Positions 45,446 to 57,941 of a stretch of 64,000 nucleotides of DNA are shown one piece after another (within the stretch, counting starts at the first letter, position 1; every line of letters starts with the position of its first letter). Origin of the DNA: Leptogorgia sarmentosa (taxonomy: Eukaryota); NCBI GenBank assembly GCA_964658305.1, contig OZ210885.1:16182001-16246000 (forward strand), written 5' to 3'. The translations under genes were made by a program, and so were the position numbers. The notes under the pieces were generated by a model. The model saw nothing but the letters and a program-made list of their open reading frames with translations, made no database searches and was not told the origin of the DNA.

Positions 45446-46526
45446 TCTGCTTTAGGTTTAGTATTTTCAATTTTCAAAAAGTTTTTTCAATTTTCCAATG
45501 TGTCTACCGAATGGCAGTTAAGACCAGTATGGACTACGGAGGCTTTGATAGCTATTTATATCCGTTGAACAAACTCAGGAATGACGGCTTAACCGAAACC
45601 CAATCAGTGACAAAATTAGTTGCCACGAAGGCTTAGAGATTAACAACTTCCTAAGATACTTATTTCTTTTAAGCTGTCTATACTTTATGTCTTTTACGTA
45701 TGTGAAAGAATTTGCTTCTTATTAATCCCAATTTATTACTATGATAATAAATTGGCCCTTTGTTCTTGTAAAGGGACTTGTCTACGTGAGAGCGGGCGCA
45801 ATGCGTGTCCCTGCAAAATTATTTCGCAGTACTGTTCTACAGCATGTCATCATGCAAATTCGCTTTGTATGAACAAGCAAAGTTTATTAGGTGATGGAAG
45901 CGATTCGGATGAAAGTGAATCGAAGTCGGAGGGATACCAACAAGAAACATCGGTAAGTTTCTGATCGGTAAGCTGACTTTCTAGTAGTTTTTCTAACATG
46001 ACTTATTTCATCTACTGACCATAATTGTATAAATATGTCTTCAGTCTTGCTATTTTCAACCTGATTCTTAGGATCATAGTTCAGAATCACTATCTGACAA
46101 CGTGGAAAGATTTCGGGGAAAGCCGAGCACGAGAGGTGGCCGAAGAGGTGGACGAAGAGGTGTGAGAGGACAGAGTCAGAGACGAGGCAACCGGGGTCGA
46201 TCAAGAGGTAGAGCAGAAGGTAATCGAGGACATAGCCGAAGCCCAGTAAGGAGAAGAGGCAGAAAAACCAGAAGAGGCCGAGGCCAAGGAAGATTGGTAG
46301 AGGAAGACAACTCCAGAGAAAGAGCTGCTGAGCATGAACAATAATTAGAGGTAAATTGTAGTGTTAATTGTAGCGTTCTTTATAAACAAACTAGTCTAAG
46401 TACATTAATATATTTTATGTATTATTTACTGTACTCTTCATGTTCATATCAGGTCAAATATTCCAGTAAAATGCATGCGAGAATAACATATAAATTAAAC
46501 ACCATTACATTGCTAAAAAAACACCA

Positions 46527-47541
46527 TAGGTTTGCTTTCAATTTCAACTTCAGGGATTTTGTTATTGCTACATCTGGAAATACTTTGTATTGTTGTTTTG
46601 CTAAATGTTATTTAATGCCTATTTGTAAATATAATTCCTTTCAATTTCAACTTCAGGGTTTTGTTATTGTTACACGTTTAAAAAGTGTAACTTCCATCAA
46701 CAAATGTCTACGACCATACCAGTAGGAAAATACCGGTTCTCGTCTGATCACCGAAGTTAAGCCTAGGTGGGCAAAGTTAGTACTTGGATGGGTGACTACC
46801 TGGGAATACTTTGTGTTGTAGACTTGCTTCATTTTATTGTATGTGTGTTTGTAAATAGGTTTGCTTTCAATGTAAACTTCAGGGATTTTGTTATTGCTAC
46901 ATCTGGAAATACTTTGTATTGTTGTTTTGCTAAATGTTATTTAATGCCTATTTGTAAATATAATTCCTTTCAATTTCAACTTCAGGGTTTTGTTATTGTT
47001 ACACGTTTAAAAAGTGCAACTTCCATCAACAAATGTCTACGACCGTACGAGTAGGAAAATACCGGTTCTCGTCTGATCACCGAAGTTAAGCCTAGGTGGG
47101 CAAAGTTAGTAGTTGGATGGGTGACCACCTGGGAATACTTTGTGTTGTAGACTTGCTTCATTTTATTGTATGTGTGTTTGTAAATAGGTTTGCTTTCAAT
47201 TTCAACTTCAGGGTTTTGTTATTGTTACACGTTAAAAAAGTGTAACTTCCATCAACAAATGTCTACGACCATACCAGTAGGAAAATACCGGTTCTCGTCT
47301 GATCACCGAAGTTAAGCCTAGGTAGGCAAAGTTAGTACTTGGATGGGTGACTACCTGGGAATACTTTGTGTTGTAGACTTGCTTCATTTTATTGTATGTG
47401 TGTTTGTAAATAGGTTTGCTTTCAATTTCAACTTCAGGGTTTTGTTATTGTTACACGTTTAAAAAGTGTAACTTCCATCAACAAATGTCTACGACCATAC
47501 CAGTTGGAAAATACCGGTTCTCGTCTGATCACCGAAGTTAA
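46527..47541 (+). rRNA. 5S: Duplicated block of 5S units (copy of ~39390-40407)
   Basis: Carries the same private variants in the same order (AAGTGCAAC, CGTTAAAAAAG, AGGTAGGC) at an offset of 7134 bp. Confidence 0.92.
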
Positions 47542-49255
47542 AGGTGATGTCCACTCCGTTCTGCGCATGCTCGCGTTTTGTTTACATGGCATGTTTACGA
47601 TACATTTTGTTAGAACTTATATAAAGTACTTCACGAGATTCGCAACAATGACTTCGCGGTAACAATGGCGGCATATCATTCACACCTGTGATTTACATAC
47701 ATGAATATGGATGAGAGCTTTACACTAGATGAAATTGAAGATGATGAAATCCAGCAGGCAGCGGAAATACCGAATATCGACAACATATCGGTTTGTTCAT
47801 GTAAAGGGACTTGTCTACGTGAGAGCGGGCGCAATGCGTGTCCCTGCAAAATTATTTCGCAGTACTGTTCTACAGCATGTCATCATGCAAATTCGCTTTG
47901 TATGAACAAGCAAAGTTTATTAGGTGATGGAAGCGATTCGGATGAAAGTGAATCGAAGTCGGAGGGATACCAACAAGAAACATCGGTAAGTTTCTGATCG
48001 GTAAGCTGACTTTCTAGTAGTTTTTCTAACATGACTTATTTCATCTACTGACCATAATTGTATAAATATGTCTTCAGTCTTGCTATTTTCAACCTGATTC
48101 TTAGGATCATAGTTCAGAATCACTATCTGACAACGTGGAAAGATTTCGGGGAAAGCCGAGCACGAGAGGTGGCCGAAGAGGTGGACGAAGAGGTGTGAGA
48201 GGACAGAGTCAGAGACGAGGCAACCGGGGTCGATCAAGAGGTAGAGCAGAAGGTAATCGAGGACATAGCCGAAGCCCAGTAAGGAGAAGAGGCAGACAAA
48301 CCAGAAGAGGCCGAGGCCAAGGAAGATTGGTAGAGGAAGACAACTCCAGAGAAAGAGCTGCTGAGCATGAACAATAATTAGAGGTAAATTGTAGTGTTAA
48401 TTGTAGCGTTCTTTATAAACAAACTAGTCTAAGTACATTAATATATTTTATGTATTATTTACTGTACTCTTCATGTTCATATCAGGTCAAATATTCCAGT
48501 AAAATGCATGCGAGAATAACATATAAATTAAACACCATTACATTGCTAAAAAAACACCATACACATTATTGGATATCTTATATCCATAAAAATGATCAAT
48601 TTCCAGAATTTGGTTGGAAACCTTGACCGTGACCTGTTACAGCGGCTTGCTTTGGAGTTGTTGCGTCGACAGCCCGCAGTTTTTGCTGACCTAGTAAATG
48701 GCGAGTTTCCTACAAACCAAAATGTGGAGGTAGTGCCAGGTGGTGATCCAGAAATAAAATTTCCCCGGAGGGTCTTACCTGAAGGGGAGATGTAGTTCTC
48801 CGAGGACCTTCGAAGACTGATATGAGCAATACTGTCGCAGATCCACGGCCAGCTGCGGTCTGGAACCCACAAACTTTTTGACATGCGTACTAACCATCCT
48901 CTTATTGAGTTTACTGCAAGCTGAGGTTTATGATTTACATAGCAGGGAGGGGTGGATTAGATTAGCCACCAAGGTAGGGGATCCAGTATTGCTCATATCA
49001 GTCTTCGAAGGTCCTCGGAGAACTACATCTCCCCTTCAGGTAAGACCCTCCGGGGAAATTTTATTTCTCCTTCGTACCTTCTCCGAATGATACTCGCAAT
49101 ACTGTCGCAGATATACAAAGAAAGCTATGTAAATCATTTCATTGAGATTCGTAACCTGAGTATACGTTCATTTAGAGAATAGTAACATGAGTATATGTGT
49201 AATTAACCAGAACAATAAACAAGTCAAGCAGATTTGATCTTAGTAGCCCAAGTGC

Positions 49256-50135
49256 CTAAGAGTTTATGGCATCCAGTACCTTGTGGGCGTAATGGTTTTT
49301 GTCTACCTGTTTGTGATAGTGTTTCTCGAACGTTTGGGCCGAGGACCGATCTGCAGCTTCCAGGACGACCTCGATCGGCACTCCACTATCAACTGCTTCA
49401 GAAGTAGAAGCTGCCCTTGTAGAGTGTCCCGTGAAATCAATTCCCACTCCTGCCAACCGAAGGAGTCCACAAAGCCATCTTGATATGGTCTGGCTTCCGA
49501 CAGGATTGTGCGGGCGGACATAAGAGAGTAAAAGGTCCTGGTGCCGTCTATGACCACTCGTGCGCTGTAAGTAATGCTCCAAGCATCTCACCACACAGAT
49601 GGAGGATTCCACATGGTAGCGTCCAAAACGAATCTTTCGTGGAGGGTGATAAGGCCTTGAATTCTTCACATGAGTTGGGATAATAAACTCCATGCTGTCA
49701 GCCTTTTGGGAAAGGTGGTTGCAGTCCAGGGCAGCTATTTCATGAGCTCTTGCCGCTGATGTCAAGGCCAGAAGAGTAGTCAGCTTAAGAGTCAGTACCT
49801 TTAGGGAAAGGTCTTCTTGAGGTTCTAAGGAGGACAAGTATCGCAGTACATGGCCGACGTTCCACGTAGAGCACGTTCGAGGAATAGCTGGTCGTAATTG
49901 GAACAGACCTTTCATGAATCGCGACACAACGGGTAGGCTGCCAAGTTGTAACCCGTCAACTGGGTCGTGCATCTGGGAAATACATGCCTTGTATACCCCC
50001 ATCGTCCTGTAGGCTAATTTACGGGTGGTAAATTGTTCTGCTAGGAAAGCTAAGACATCCGTCACAGGGGCTGAAAATGGACATTTATTCCGTTGTAGAC
50101 ACCAGCAAGCCCATAGTTGCCAGGGTCCCTCATAT
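49256..50135 (-). pseudogene. Tyrosine recombinase part of the DIRS1 long overlapping ORF (49256-51379)
   Basis: TSAARAHEI, GHSTRAASTS, AADRS (the usual W is replaced by R), FEKHY. A deletion near 50135 removes the RNase H end and the YR start. Confidence 0.85.
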
Positions 50136-51455
50136 CTTTCATCAGCAGCTGAATGTGACGAGGATATGGTGGTCCTTTCACCAGTGCTTGAAGTGCAAGA
50201 TACGCAGCCTTCAGTTCCAGCACATTGATGTGTGCCCTGGATTCCTCCTTCTGCCACTGACCTCCTGTCTTCTGATGAAGATAACTGGCTCCCCAACCTT
50301 TCGTTGAGGCGTCTGTTGATACTATCATATCGATTGCTGGTGCGGTTAACTTCATCCGGTTGACATGGGTTAGCTGATGTGAGGTCCGCCATTGTAGTTC
50401 TGTTGATGCTTGCTGCGTCATATAGATCCGAAAGCTCTTGGATCTCGTGAAGTGCCCTTTCTTGTGTAAGGATGAGATGTACAGTCTTTGAAGTGCTCGA
50501 TAGTGGAGAGGTGCTTCCCAGATCCCAATACGGGCAGTTTGATTCATGCAACCCAACAGCGCGGAAAGCTCCAGCATGGAGCACCACTGTCGGCCCAGAA
50601 TACCCTTGCACTCCGACTGCAATTGGCGGAGTTTCTCCTGAGGGACTGCTATGGTCAGGTCTGTGGAGTTCAGCCGTGCACCCAGAAAGATGATTGTTTG
50701 CTCTGGTGATTGAGAGCATTTCTCGAGTTTGATTGTAAAGCCCAAGTCCATAAGGAGGGTTGTTACAATGTGGAAAATGTTCTGTAGTTCCACAGCCTCG
50801 TGGTGGAGTAGTAGAAGGTCGTCCAAATATATCACCACTCGGATGCCCGATGATCTCAGGGTGGCAACCACTGGTTTCAGTAACTTGGTGAATGCTCGAG
50901 GTGCCGAGGACAGACCGAAGGGTAAACACTGGTACTCGTAGGTCACACCTTGAAATTGGAATCTCAGATACTTTTTGTGATCTTCCGCTATTGGCACCGA
51001 ATAATAGGCATCTTTCAGATCCAGTTTCATGAGATAATCGTTTCGCTTGAGCATTGACTTCACAAGGTCCAAACTTTCGAGTTTGAACTTCTCTGTGTGT
51101 ACGTGATTGTTCAATGTCTTTAGGTTGAAAATGGGTCGAGTCTTGCTTGCTTGCTTCACAAGAAACAGAGTTGACAGAAACTGATCTTCCGTTTCCACCA
51201 CTTGACGCACTGCTTCTTTCGAAACCAGATCGGATATTGCTTGTAACAGTAATGCTCTCTGCTCCAGAGATCTGGCCTTGGTAACGCGCTTGCGCCATTG
51301 GTGGGGTCTGGATAGGAGGGGAATTCGATAACCCCTCACGGTCTCTAGGACTGATTGGTCTGACGTGAGAAGTTTCCAATTGTCTATAAAATGCTTTAGT
51401 CTGCCAGCTACTAGCTGCGGTCCTGGTGGAGTTATTTTGTTGAGTCGAGGAATCA
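50135..51455 (-). pseudogene. DIRS1 reverse transcriptase and partial RNase H
   Basis: VAGRLKHF...W, RPIFNLK, KLDLKDAYY, LPFGLSSAP, IYLDDLL, STDAS..GWGA, HINVLELKA, then truncated. Confidence 0.9.
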
Positions 51456-51460
51456 TATAG

Positions 51461-52540
51461 TCAGCTGGCGCTGTGGCTGGAGTTGGGATCCTTGGAAGCT
51501 CGTGGTCGTTTGGCAAAGGAGGGCCTGGTGGATGTGGGGCGGGCGTAATCCGTTGTGTGACTTCCGGAAGCCTTGTATGGCCATTTACGTTTTCCCCATC
51601 GGCGGGGGCCACTGGAGGTTGGAGTAGCATAGGTACGAAAGGGCTGCTTTGAGCTCTCTTTCTGGAAGGCTGGTTTGGGAGGAGCTGCAATGACTTTGGA
51701 GTTTGTCTTCGAATGATCATGCTCACTTTGAACAACCTGGTGAAACTTGTCAGGGAAGAGATGTTTATCTGTGGGAATATCTTCCTTTAGGATTCGCTTT
51801 CCAACATCAGTAAGATACTCCGTGAAGCGCTTCTGGCGCCAGGCATTGAGCCGGAAGTTGGCGTTGCCCAAAAGGACAAGGGCGTCCTCGAGATAAGCTT
51901 TTATTTCATCTGGGTCAGGGCCAGATATCTCATCTCCTTCTTCCATGGCGGAAGGTCCCTCCAAACTCTCTAGTGCTGGGGCAAGAGGCTGCGCAACTGC
52001 TAGAAATGGGCCTTGTCGCTCAACCAAGCCATCATCTGAGGCAAAAACCTCTTTGGTTTTGTGATAGCCAAACTTTTGCTTTATGTGTTCTCTTGTACCA
52101 GTTTCCATAGTTGGGGCAACGAGAACTTCATCCATCCCTTTTATGGGGGGATATTTCTGCATAAGCTCACTCCAAACATTCTTGGAGAGGCGCTTAGTGA
52201 AGGCGGTGGTCAGAAATGTGGTAACTTCTTCAGATAGTTGAGCCTCCGTTGTTTCAGTATAATACTTGGCAAGGCGGCTGTTCAAATGAGGTGTCTCAAG
52301 TGGATCGTCCTCTGTAGCAACTGCTGTTGCTGTAGAGAATGGCGACTGGGTTGTGCTGTGGAGCTGAGATGGGTCAGGCAACTGAGATGTGTTCAGTTGC
52401 TGGAGTGGAACTACATCTTTTAATGCTTCTTTTAGCAGCATGGGTAATGTCTGCTGAATTGTGTCAGTGATAAGACTGCGGATTTCAGGAATTGTTGGTG
52501 GCGATCTGTCCGGGCTGGTACCCTGGGCAGTATCCTCCAC
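51461..52540 (-). CDS. DIRS1 gag-like ORF
   Basis: 359-aa ORF upstream of and overlapping RT, with a DALVLLGNAN...LN..R...LF...F pattern. Confidence 0.75.
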   Translation of the reverse strand: MEDTAQGTSPDRSPPTIPEIRSLITDTIQQTLPMLLKEALKDVVPLQQLNTSQLPDPSQLHSTTQSPFSTATAVATEDDPLETPHLNSRLAKYYTETTEAQLSEEVTTFLTTAFTKRLSKNVWSELMQKYPPIKGMDEVLVAPTMETGTREHIKQKFGYHKTKEVFASDDGLVERQGPFLAVAQPLAPALESLEGPSAMEEGDEISGPDPDEIKAYLEDALVLLGNANFRLNAWRQKRFTEYLTDVGKRILKEDIPTDKHLFPDKFHQVVQSEHDHSKTNSKVIAAPPKPAFQKESSKQPFRTYATPTSSGPRRWGKRKWPYKASGSHTTDYARPTSTRPSFAKRPRASKDPNSSHSAS

Positions 52541-53545
52541 TTCCTGCGAGGCTGATACCTGCAGGATGTAAACAGCCAGTTAGACTGTGTCACTGTGTAG
52601 CCAGTTTTCAATAGGTTATTTAATATGAAGTAGCCATATCCGTACAGGAATGTGGATAGTACCACGGAAGTCTAGTCCCTTGATAGGCTGATAGCGATAA
52701 TGCAGCCAGAATCCGGGCAAACAAACATTGTATGTGTGGAACGTGTCACCTACGCTCATCAACAGCCATATTTAATACTCAAAATAAGCTAATCGATTGA
52801 ACTCAGAGCAGTACAGTAACGAGGAGTGTTTACTTACCTGGTTAGTAGCCATAAGTTGTCAAAATCTGTTCGGATGATGAATATTTATGAAGGATTGTAA
52901 CGAATAACACTTCGCTTGAAAAGTGAGTCCAAACCGAAAGCTTGCCCACGAAATAAGAGGATGGTTAGTACGCATGTCAAAAAATTTGTGGGTTCCAGAC
53001 CGCAGCTGGCCGCGGATCTGCGACAGTATTGCGAGTATCAGTCGGAGAAGGTACGAAGGAGAATTCCCTGGCCCAGGTGATGTGCCAGACATACAGATTC
53101 CTGATTGGTGCTCATGTGGATTGTGCAGACCTATGCCTACACAAGTGGAAAACAAGTGTTGCTGTAACAAAAAGATGGCATGTATTACCACAACACCACT
53201 TTTTCACCAACTTGTGCTGGATGGGAATGTGTTAGATTTGGCCATGCGTTATCGGGAAGATGTACTAGCATTAGATCATCCCAGGAACAATGAAAATTTT
53301 AGGCATGCTGCCTATCGCCAATATGTACTTTGGCAACATGGAAGATTGGGCCAAGGCAACCGTAGGGTTGTGCCCAGCTGTTGTGTTTTGGCAATTAGGG
53401 CACGATACCCTTCACCAAACAATATGTACACTGGTTTTCTGCCTGCTAGGTTATAAGATTTAAAATATTTAAATCAATATAATGCAAACCACACTTGCAT
53501 GCAGACACTTCCTGATATATGGATATAACCACAGTTACATTTAAG

Positions 53546-56500
53546 TTAGTCAACAAAACGGGATTTTTGTGTTTCCAATATTTCCTCCATTGTTGGGCGT
53601 GGTGTTATGGCTATGTTAGGAGCAATCCTCCGTGTGTCATCGTCAGACATTGTCAGCTTTTGGTTCACTGGACCGGGTACATTCTTCCTTTTAATGAAAA
53701 TTTGTTCCAGCAAGGCAGGTATATATTCATATTTCTTTGGCTCTGGTACAGTCACTGCACGCCACCTCTTCGTTCTTTTGCTGTATTGTGCTGTATGCCT
53801 ATATTATGTATTATGTTAATAAATAAATAAATATTATATTGTATATTATGTTAATAAATAAATAAATAGGTAAATAAGTATGTGAATGCACAAATGTCTT
53901 GTAGTAGTAAATACAGCCAAATTAACCCTTTGCTGTTGGTAAGTTACTCCATGACAAGTAAAATTGCTGTTGGATGTAACATCTGTTAAGAGGCTAGCTC
54001 CAGTCAGATTGAGTATCGATGGGCTAAAGAGTCTCAGGGTACTAGTTTCTTCATTACATGGCAGTAAATACTTACTTCACTTTGCCATCAGCACTTTTAG
54101 CAACTGGTCGCTTCCTGTGGCTGTTGAAATCTATTGCTGCCAATTGGTTTCTCATCTTGTATCCAACAAATCTATATTTAATTACAGTTGTGGTATAACC
54201 ATGGTGTAACTGACCTTAGTCAGTTACACCATGGTTATCAGTCTAGAAAATACTTATACAAGCATACTGATATGTGAAAACTGTTCATTGTCATATGAAT
54301 TGACACCAATATGACTTTACAAAATGACTTTATACATACGAGTAGCTATGCCTTTTGGGACAATACATAAGCAGATGATTGTGGAATGATTCAAGAAAAC
54401 CTGTGTGCCTATAACAGAAGACACTGTTATGATAAACAAAATGTCAGATCAAAGACATCAACAAATTGTAGGTTTATTGCATCTACATACTGTACAAGTA
54501 CCTGAAATTTGTATAATATGGCAGAGTGTTTAAGAATTGTTTTTTCAGGATCACTTTGCGCAGGGCTTCATGGTTTGGAGAATTTTTGACCAGGTTTAGG
54601 TTTATTTTTTGACTAGGTTTCTCTCTCTCTTTTCCATCTAGCTCCTCATGTGCACACTGTCCATTTGCCTTTCCTTCAACTAAAACCCACTTGTGCTCAT
54701 TCACCACATGATGTAATAGGCCAGCCCACATATGCTGTATATGAAATGAACAAACTGGGTTACATAGTGGCAGTTTATATTAAAGCTATTCTGGTTTGCC
54801 ACCACCCACATTTAGTAATTAACCCATACCCCTTCTGCAGGAACTTTATGAATGGGCACAGGAGTGAGTGGGTCAATTATAGTCCCTGTCTAACACACAA
54901 TGGTTGCATTGCCAACCATTAGTCTCAAGGTAGGAAGTACACCAAAGAGGTTTGCACCAGGGCACCATGAGGCTTGTGTGTTCTACTTCTTTTCCCGCAA
55001 TTCACCCACATGCAGCTGTCTACTACAAGAGAGAAAGGACAAATATTGTAGTGAAATAAATAACACTTACTTACTTTGAAATCAACTACACTTCCATCAC
55101 ATTTTCGGCTACAGTACCAAAAATGATTTCTGACTGCACTGACCCAAAATGACAAATCTCCTTTGCCTTTCTCTTTGGCAACCTATCAATGAAAATAAAT
55201 ATGTATACAATAACACATTACATTACATTACATTACTCAATCTCAAGAAACAGTATGTTGATCTTCATGTGTAAGTTCTGTTGTACCTGGTGCTGGGTGA
55301 TAAAAAGCAATGTTATGATTTTTTCATTAACCTTGAAAGTAGCAGTCCCAATGCTACCTAGGGTACCTACACTAGCTACATGAACACCAAATGAGTCTAC
55401 TATTTCCAATATCCTACTGAGTATTAAGCAGATAATTGTTTACATATAAAAGTAAAAAAGGCTTACAGAAGCAACTTTCTTTGCTATTGACTTTCCACCA
55501 TGCCATACATCCCTTTGGTGGCAAATTGCTTTATACTTCTCTGCATACTCTGAAACAACATACAGCAGGACATCTGATTATACCCAGTTTAGGCAAAACT
55601 GAGTGACATTGGAAAATTCTAGAAAATTATTACTTACTCATGAGTGCACCAATCTCCAGATGACCATCAGTCACAATCTCTTTGATATTTATCTGAGACT
55701 GCAACATTTCATCTAATCCTCTCTCAAAACCAAGACGCTCCATATTTGGACTCTTTCTGCCCTCCACCTCCCTAACATCAACAATATTCACATTTAAAAT
55801 GCTCTTTGTCTCCATGTCTGCAAAGGTGTAAGTGCAGTATTGTGCACAATGACCTGGGGAGTCATTGCGCCCATCTGAACTTAAAATAACATCATTTCCA
55901 GCTCGTTCAGACCACAGATCGCTTTGCATCTTTTCCCAATAATCGTTGACTGTTGGGGCAATATAGAGGCTTTGGTACTGGTTGTACAGATTCCTCGAAA
56001 AGTAACCAAGGTTCAGTATTTTGAACAGAAAACCTGTTTTTGTGAAAGAGCTGCCAGAAAGTGCAATAGCTGATGCCAACAGTAGATTCCCAGCTCTAAT
56101 TCCTTCACAGGTAGGCTGAGATGCCCATCGTCCCCCAAAATGACCAGCACTGCATTTCCAGTTGACAACAAAGCATGTACCAACAAATGATTCATGGTAA
56201 TCGAGCACTCTTCCACATGCTTCTCTCTGGCAAGTGCGACCATGTATCCCAACAAGCAACTCAATGATCCTGTCACAAAAAGTTATACACTTTTGCTTCT
56301 GTACAACTTCTTGTGGCATAACCACTGCTGATGCTTGCTGTGGTGGGTCTAGTTGTCTCTCAGGAGGGTCTAACTGGGGTTGCTCATCACTGCCATCCAC
56401 ATCCAGATCAAACACCTCGCTCTCAAGTGATGTTTTTTCAAGATCATCAAATGTCTCCCTAATAGAAGAAAGACAGATTTATACTACAGCACATCGGACA

Positions 56501-57838
56501 CATGAGGTACAGCCAAAAGGGGTAGGGAGTGCAAACATGGGACTGCATACACCTTGCATGTCAGACATGAAATGTGCTAAAGGACTTGGACCCAAACTTT
56601 GACTTGAATGCACTTATTGTGCCTGTTTTTGTGGCATGTGACTGCCTGTCCAATTCTGTTTAATACATCTCTATTCTTGTGTGTAATAATTACCTTTGTG
56701 TGCATGTCTCAATTTTATTGCTTATTTTTATATTCTACTCACCCAGTCATATTTCTAGTAGAAGTTAGCATGTCATCTATTGAAGCCCTAAACTCATCAT
56801 CAGATTGATCATCCTCAGACTCAGAAGCTGTCAAGGTTTCCTCGGCTTCAGGCAGATCCCTTTAAAGTAAAATTGTATATAATTTAGATTGGGGATAAAA
56901 TGACAACACACCCAGGACTAAATCTGTATAGGACAAATAATTGTCAATAAGCCTCCTATTTCTAGAAGTACACAATCATTGAACTCAAAACATTCTCATC
57001 ATATTATACTAGAGTATTTATCAATAAAGGGACCCTGCATGGTCCAAGAACATTCAAACTGGTTGGGATTTAAGCCAGGCTGCTGCACATAATTACAGTA
57101 CATAAAAGTCATTAATAGAAAAATAAGAAAGCAATATTTACATATTTTGCGTACCTGATTCGGTATGGAGAACTTGGATCCAACAAACGTCGTCGCTTTG
57201 AAGGAGAAGGACGTTTTCTTTTAGGTAGCTTGGCAGTTGTTTGGAGTGGTGTAGAAGTCATCACTGTTCGAAGTAATCATTTGTGAATTAAACTTAAAAT
57301 AGTGAGTTACATACTAGTGTCTATTACAACTTCTTATAATTTAAGTGTTTACCAGGTGGAAGAATGGGTGACAGGACATCTGGAACTGAAAGACGACTTG
57401 AAGTTGAAATATTAAGAGGGTCATCTTGTATAAACACACGTTCTGTTTGTGTCTCCATTTCGCTATAAAAATACATGAAATTAAATGCGTATTGCGTTAC
57501 ATAACAAAACGAACCACCTTACATAGTTACACCTTTGACTTATGTTTAAACAGGCTTTAAATTCGTTACCTGACGTTTCGTGCCACCGAGTTAGCAGAGT
57601 AAAAGTCCAACAACAGTGCTGCTAGTTCTTTGTCACCATTCAACTTCATTTCATCTCGCAAAGTACGCCATCTCGCGTACTGGTCGTAGAGATAAACTTT
57701 CGACGAGTCTCTTTCAGAATAGTAACGCTTCCTTTTAGCAGCCTTATCGTCTTCAGTCGCCAAGCGAAACTCTGCGACTGAGAAGGAAGATCTTGCCTCA
57801 GACGTTGCGCTGGCTTCTTCGCTTGCTTTGTCCGCCAT
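53546..57838 (-). CDS. Kolobok DDE transposase (multi-exon; exon structure only partly resolved)
   Basis: Exon 1: MADK...KVYLYDQYARWRTL...DKELAALLLD. Core: C.AGH...WASQP, AGNLLLASAI, SDGRNDSPGHCAQYCTY, SPNMER, IVTDGH, HQRDVWH..K, VRNHFWYC, W..LLHHV.N.H.W, HT..LE..H. Last exon: VPEPKKYEYI...IAPNIA...SRF. Confidence 0.85.
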
Positions 57839-57941
57839 TGTGATTACCACACGCGGCCGCGTTAATTGAATTAACATTCCAAGCGTCGGGTCCCGACGCT
57901 TGGAATGTCCGCACATGCGCAGAACGGAGTGGACATCACCT

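Larger units (their letters stand above)
40660..45760 (-). mobile_element. Ngaro-type tyrosine-recombinase retrotransposon, apparently intact
   Basis: Split direct repeats in element orientation: A1 (~45758-45485), ORFs, B1 (~41685-41402), A2 (~41399-41125), spacer, B2 (~40942-40660). Carries gag, RT/RNase H and YR. No TSD. Confidence 0.93.
40408..46526. mobile_element. Partial Kolobok copy (left ~1 kb only) containing an Ngaro insertion
   Basis: TTAA|AGGTGATGTCCACTCCGTTCTGCGCATG. Once 40660-45760 is removed it is near-identical to 47542-48560. It breaks at CACCATA|GGTTTG back into 5S spacer. Confidence 0.92.
48754..53063 (-). mobile_element. DIRS1-type YR retrotransposon with ITRs and an internal complementary region; internally deleted
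   Basis: 48826-48906 is an inverted repeat of ~52952-53032. The ICR at ~48983-49112 is complementary to both termini. It inserted through a shared AGAA core with no true TSD. Confidence 0.93.
47701..53456 (+). pseudogene. KolX-like accessory gene (Cys-rich N-terminus, RG-rich exon, P2X7-ballast-like C-terminus), split by a DIRS element
   Basis: Exons ~47701-47985, ~48105-48383 (contains an in-frame TAA) and ~48607-48753 + 53064-53456. Rejoined sequence: VPGGDPE|FPGPGDVPDIQIPDWCSCGLCRPM...ENKCC...RHAAYRQY...GRLG.GNR.VVPSCCV..IR..YP...YTGF. Confidence 0.85.
47542..57941. mobile_element. Full-length Kolobok DNA transposon in a 5S gene
   Basis: Perfect 28-bp TIR AGGTGATGTCCACTCCGTTCTGCGCATG. 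TTAA TSD at 47538-41 and 57942-45; removal restores 5S GAAGTTAAGCC. Contains two convergent spliced genes. Confidence 0.93.

Noticed and set aside
40408..47542. Two independent Kolobok insertions at the same 5S site
   Set aside because: The upstream 5S units share private variants, so this is one insertion duplicated.
41789..51735. Prophage or bacterial integrases
   Set aside because: The YR genes come with RT/RNase H, gag and DIRS/Ngaro repeat structures.
52923..53456. Host P2X7 receptor gene
   Set aside because: Only the ballast-like domain is present, inside Kolobok TIRs. The ORF's first ~47 aa come from the DIRS terminus, and there is no channel domain.
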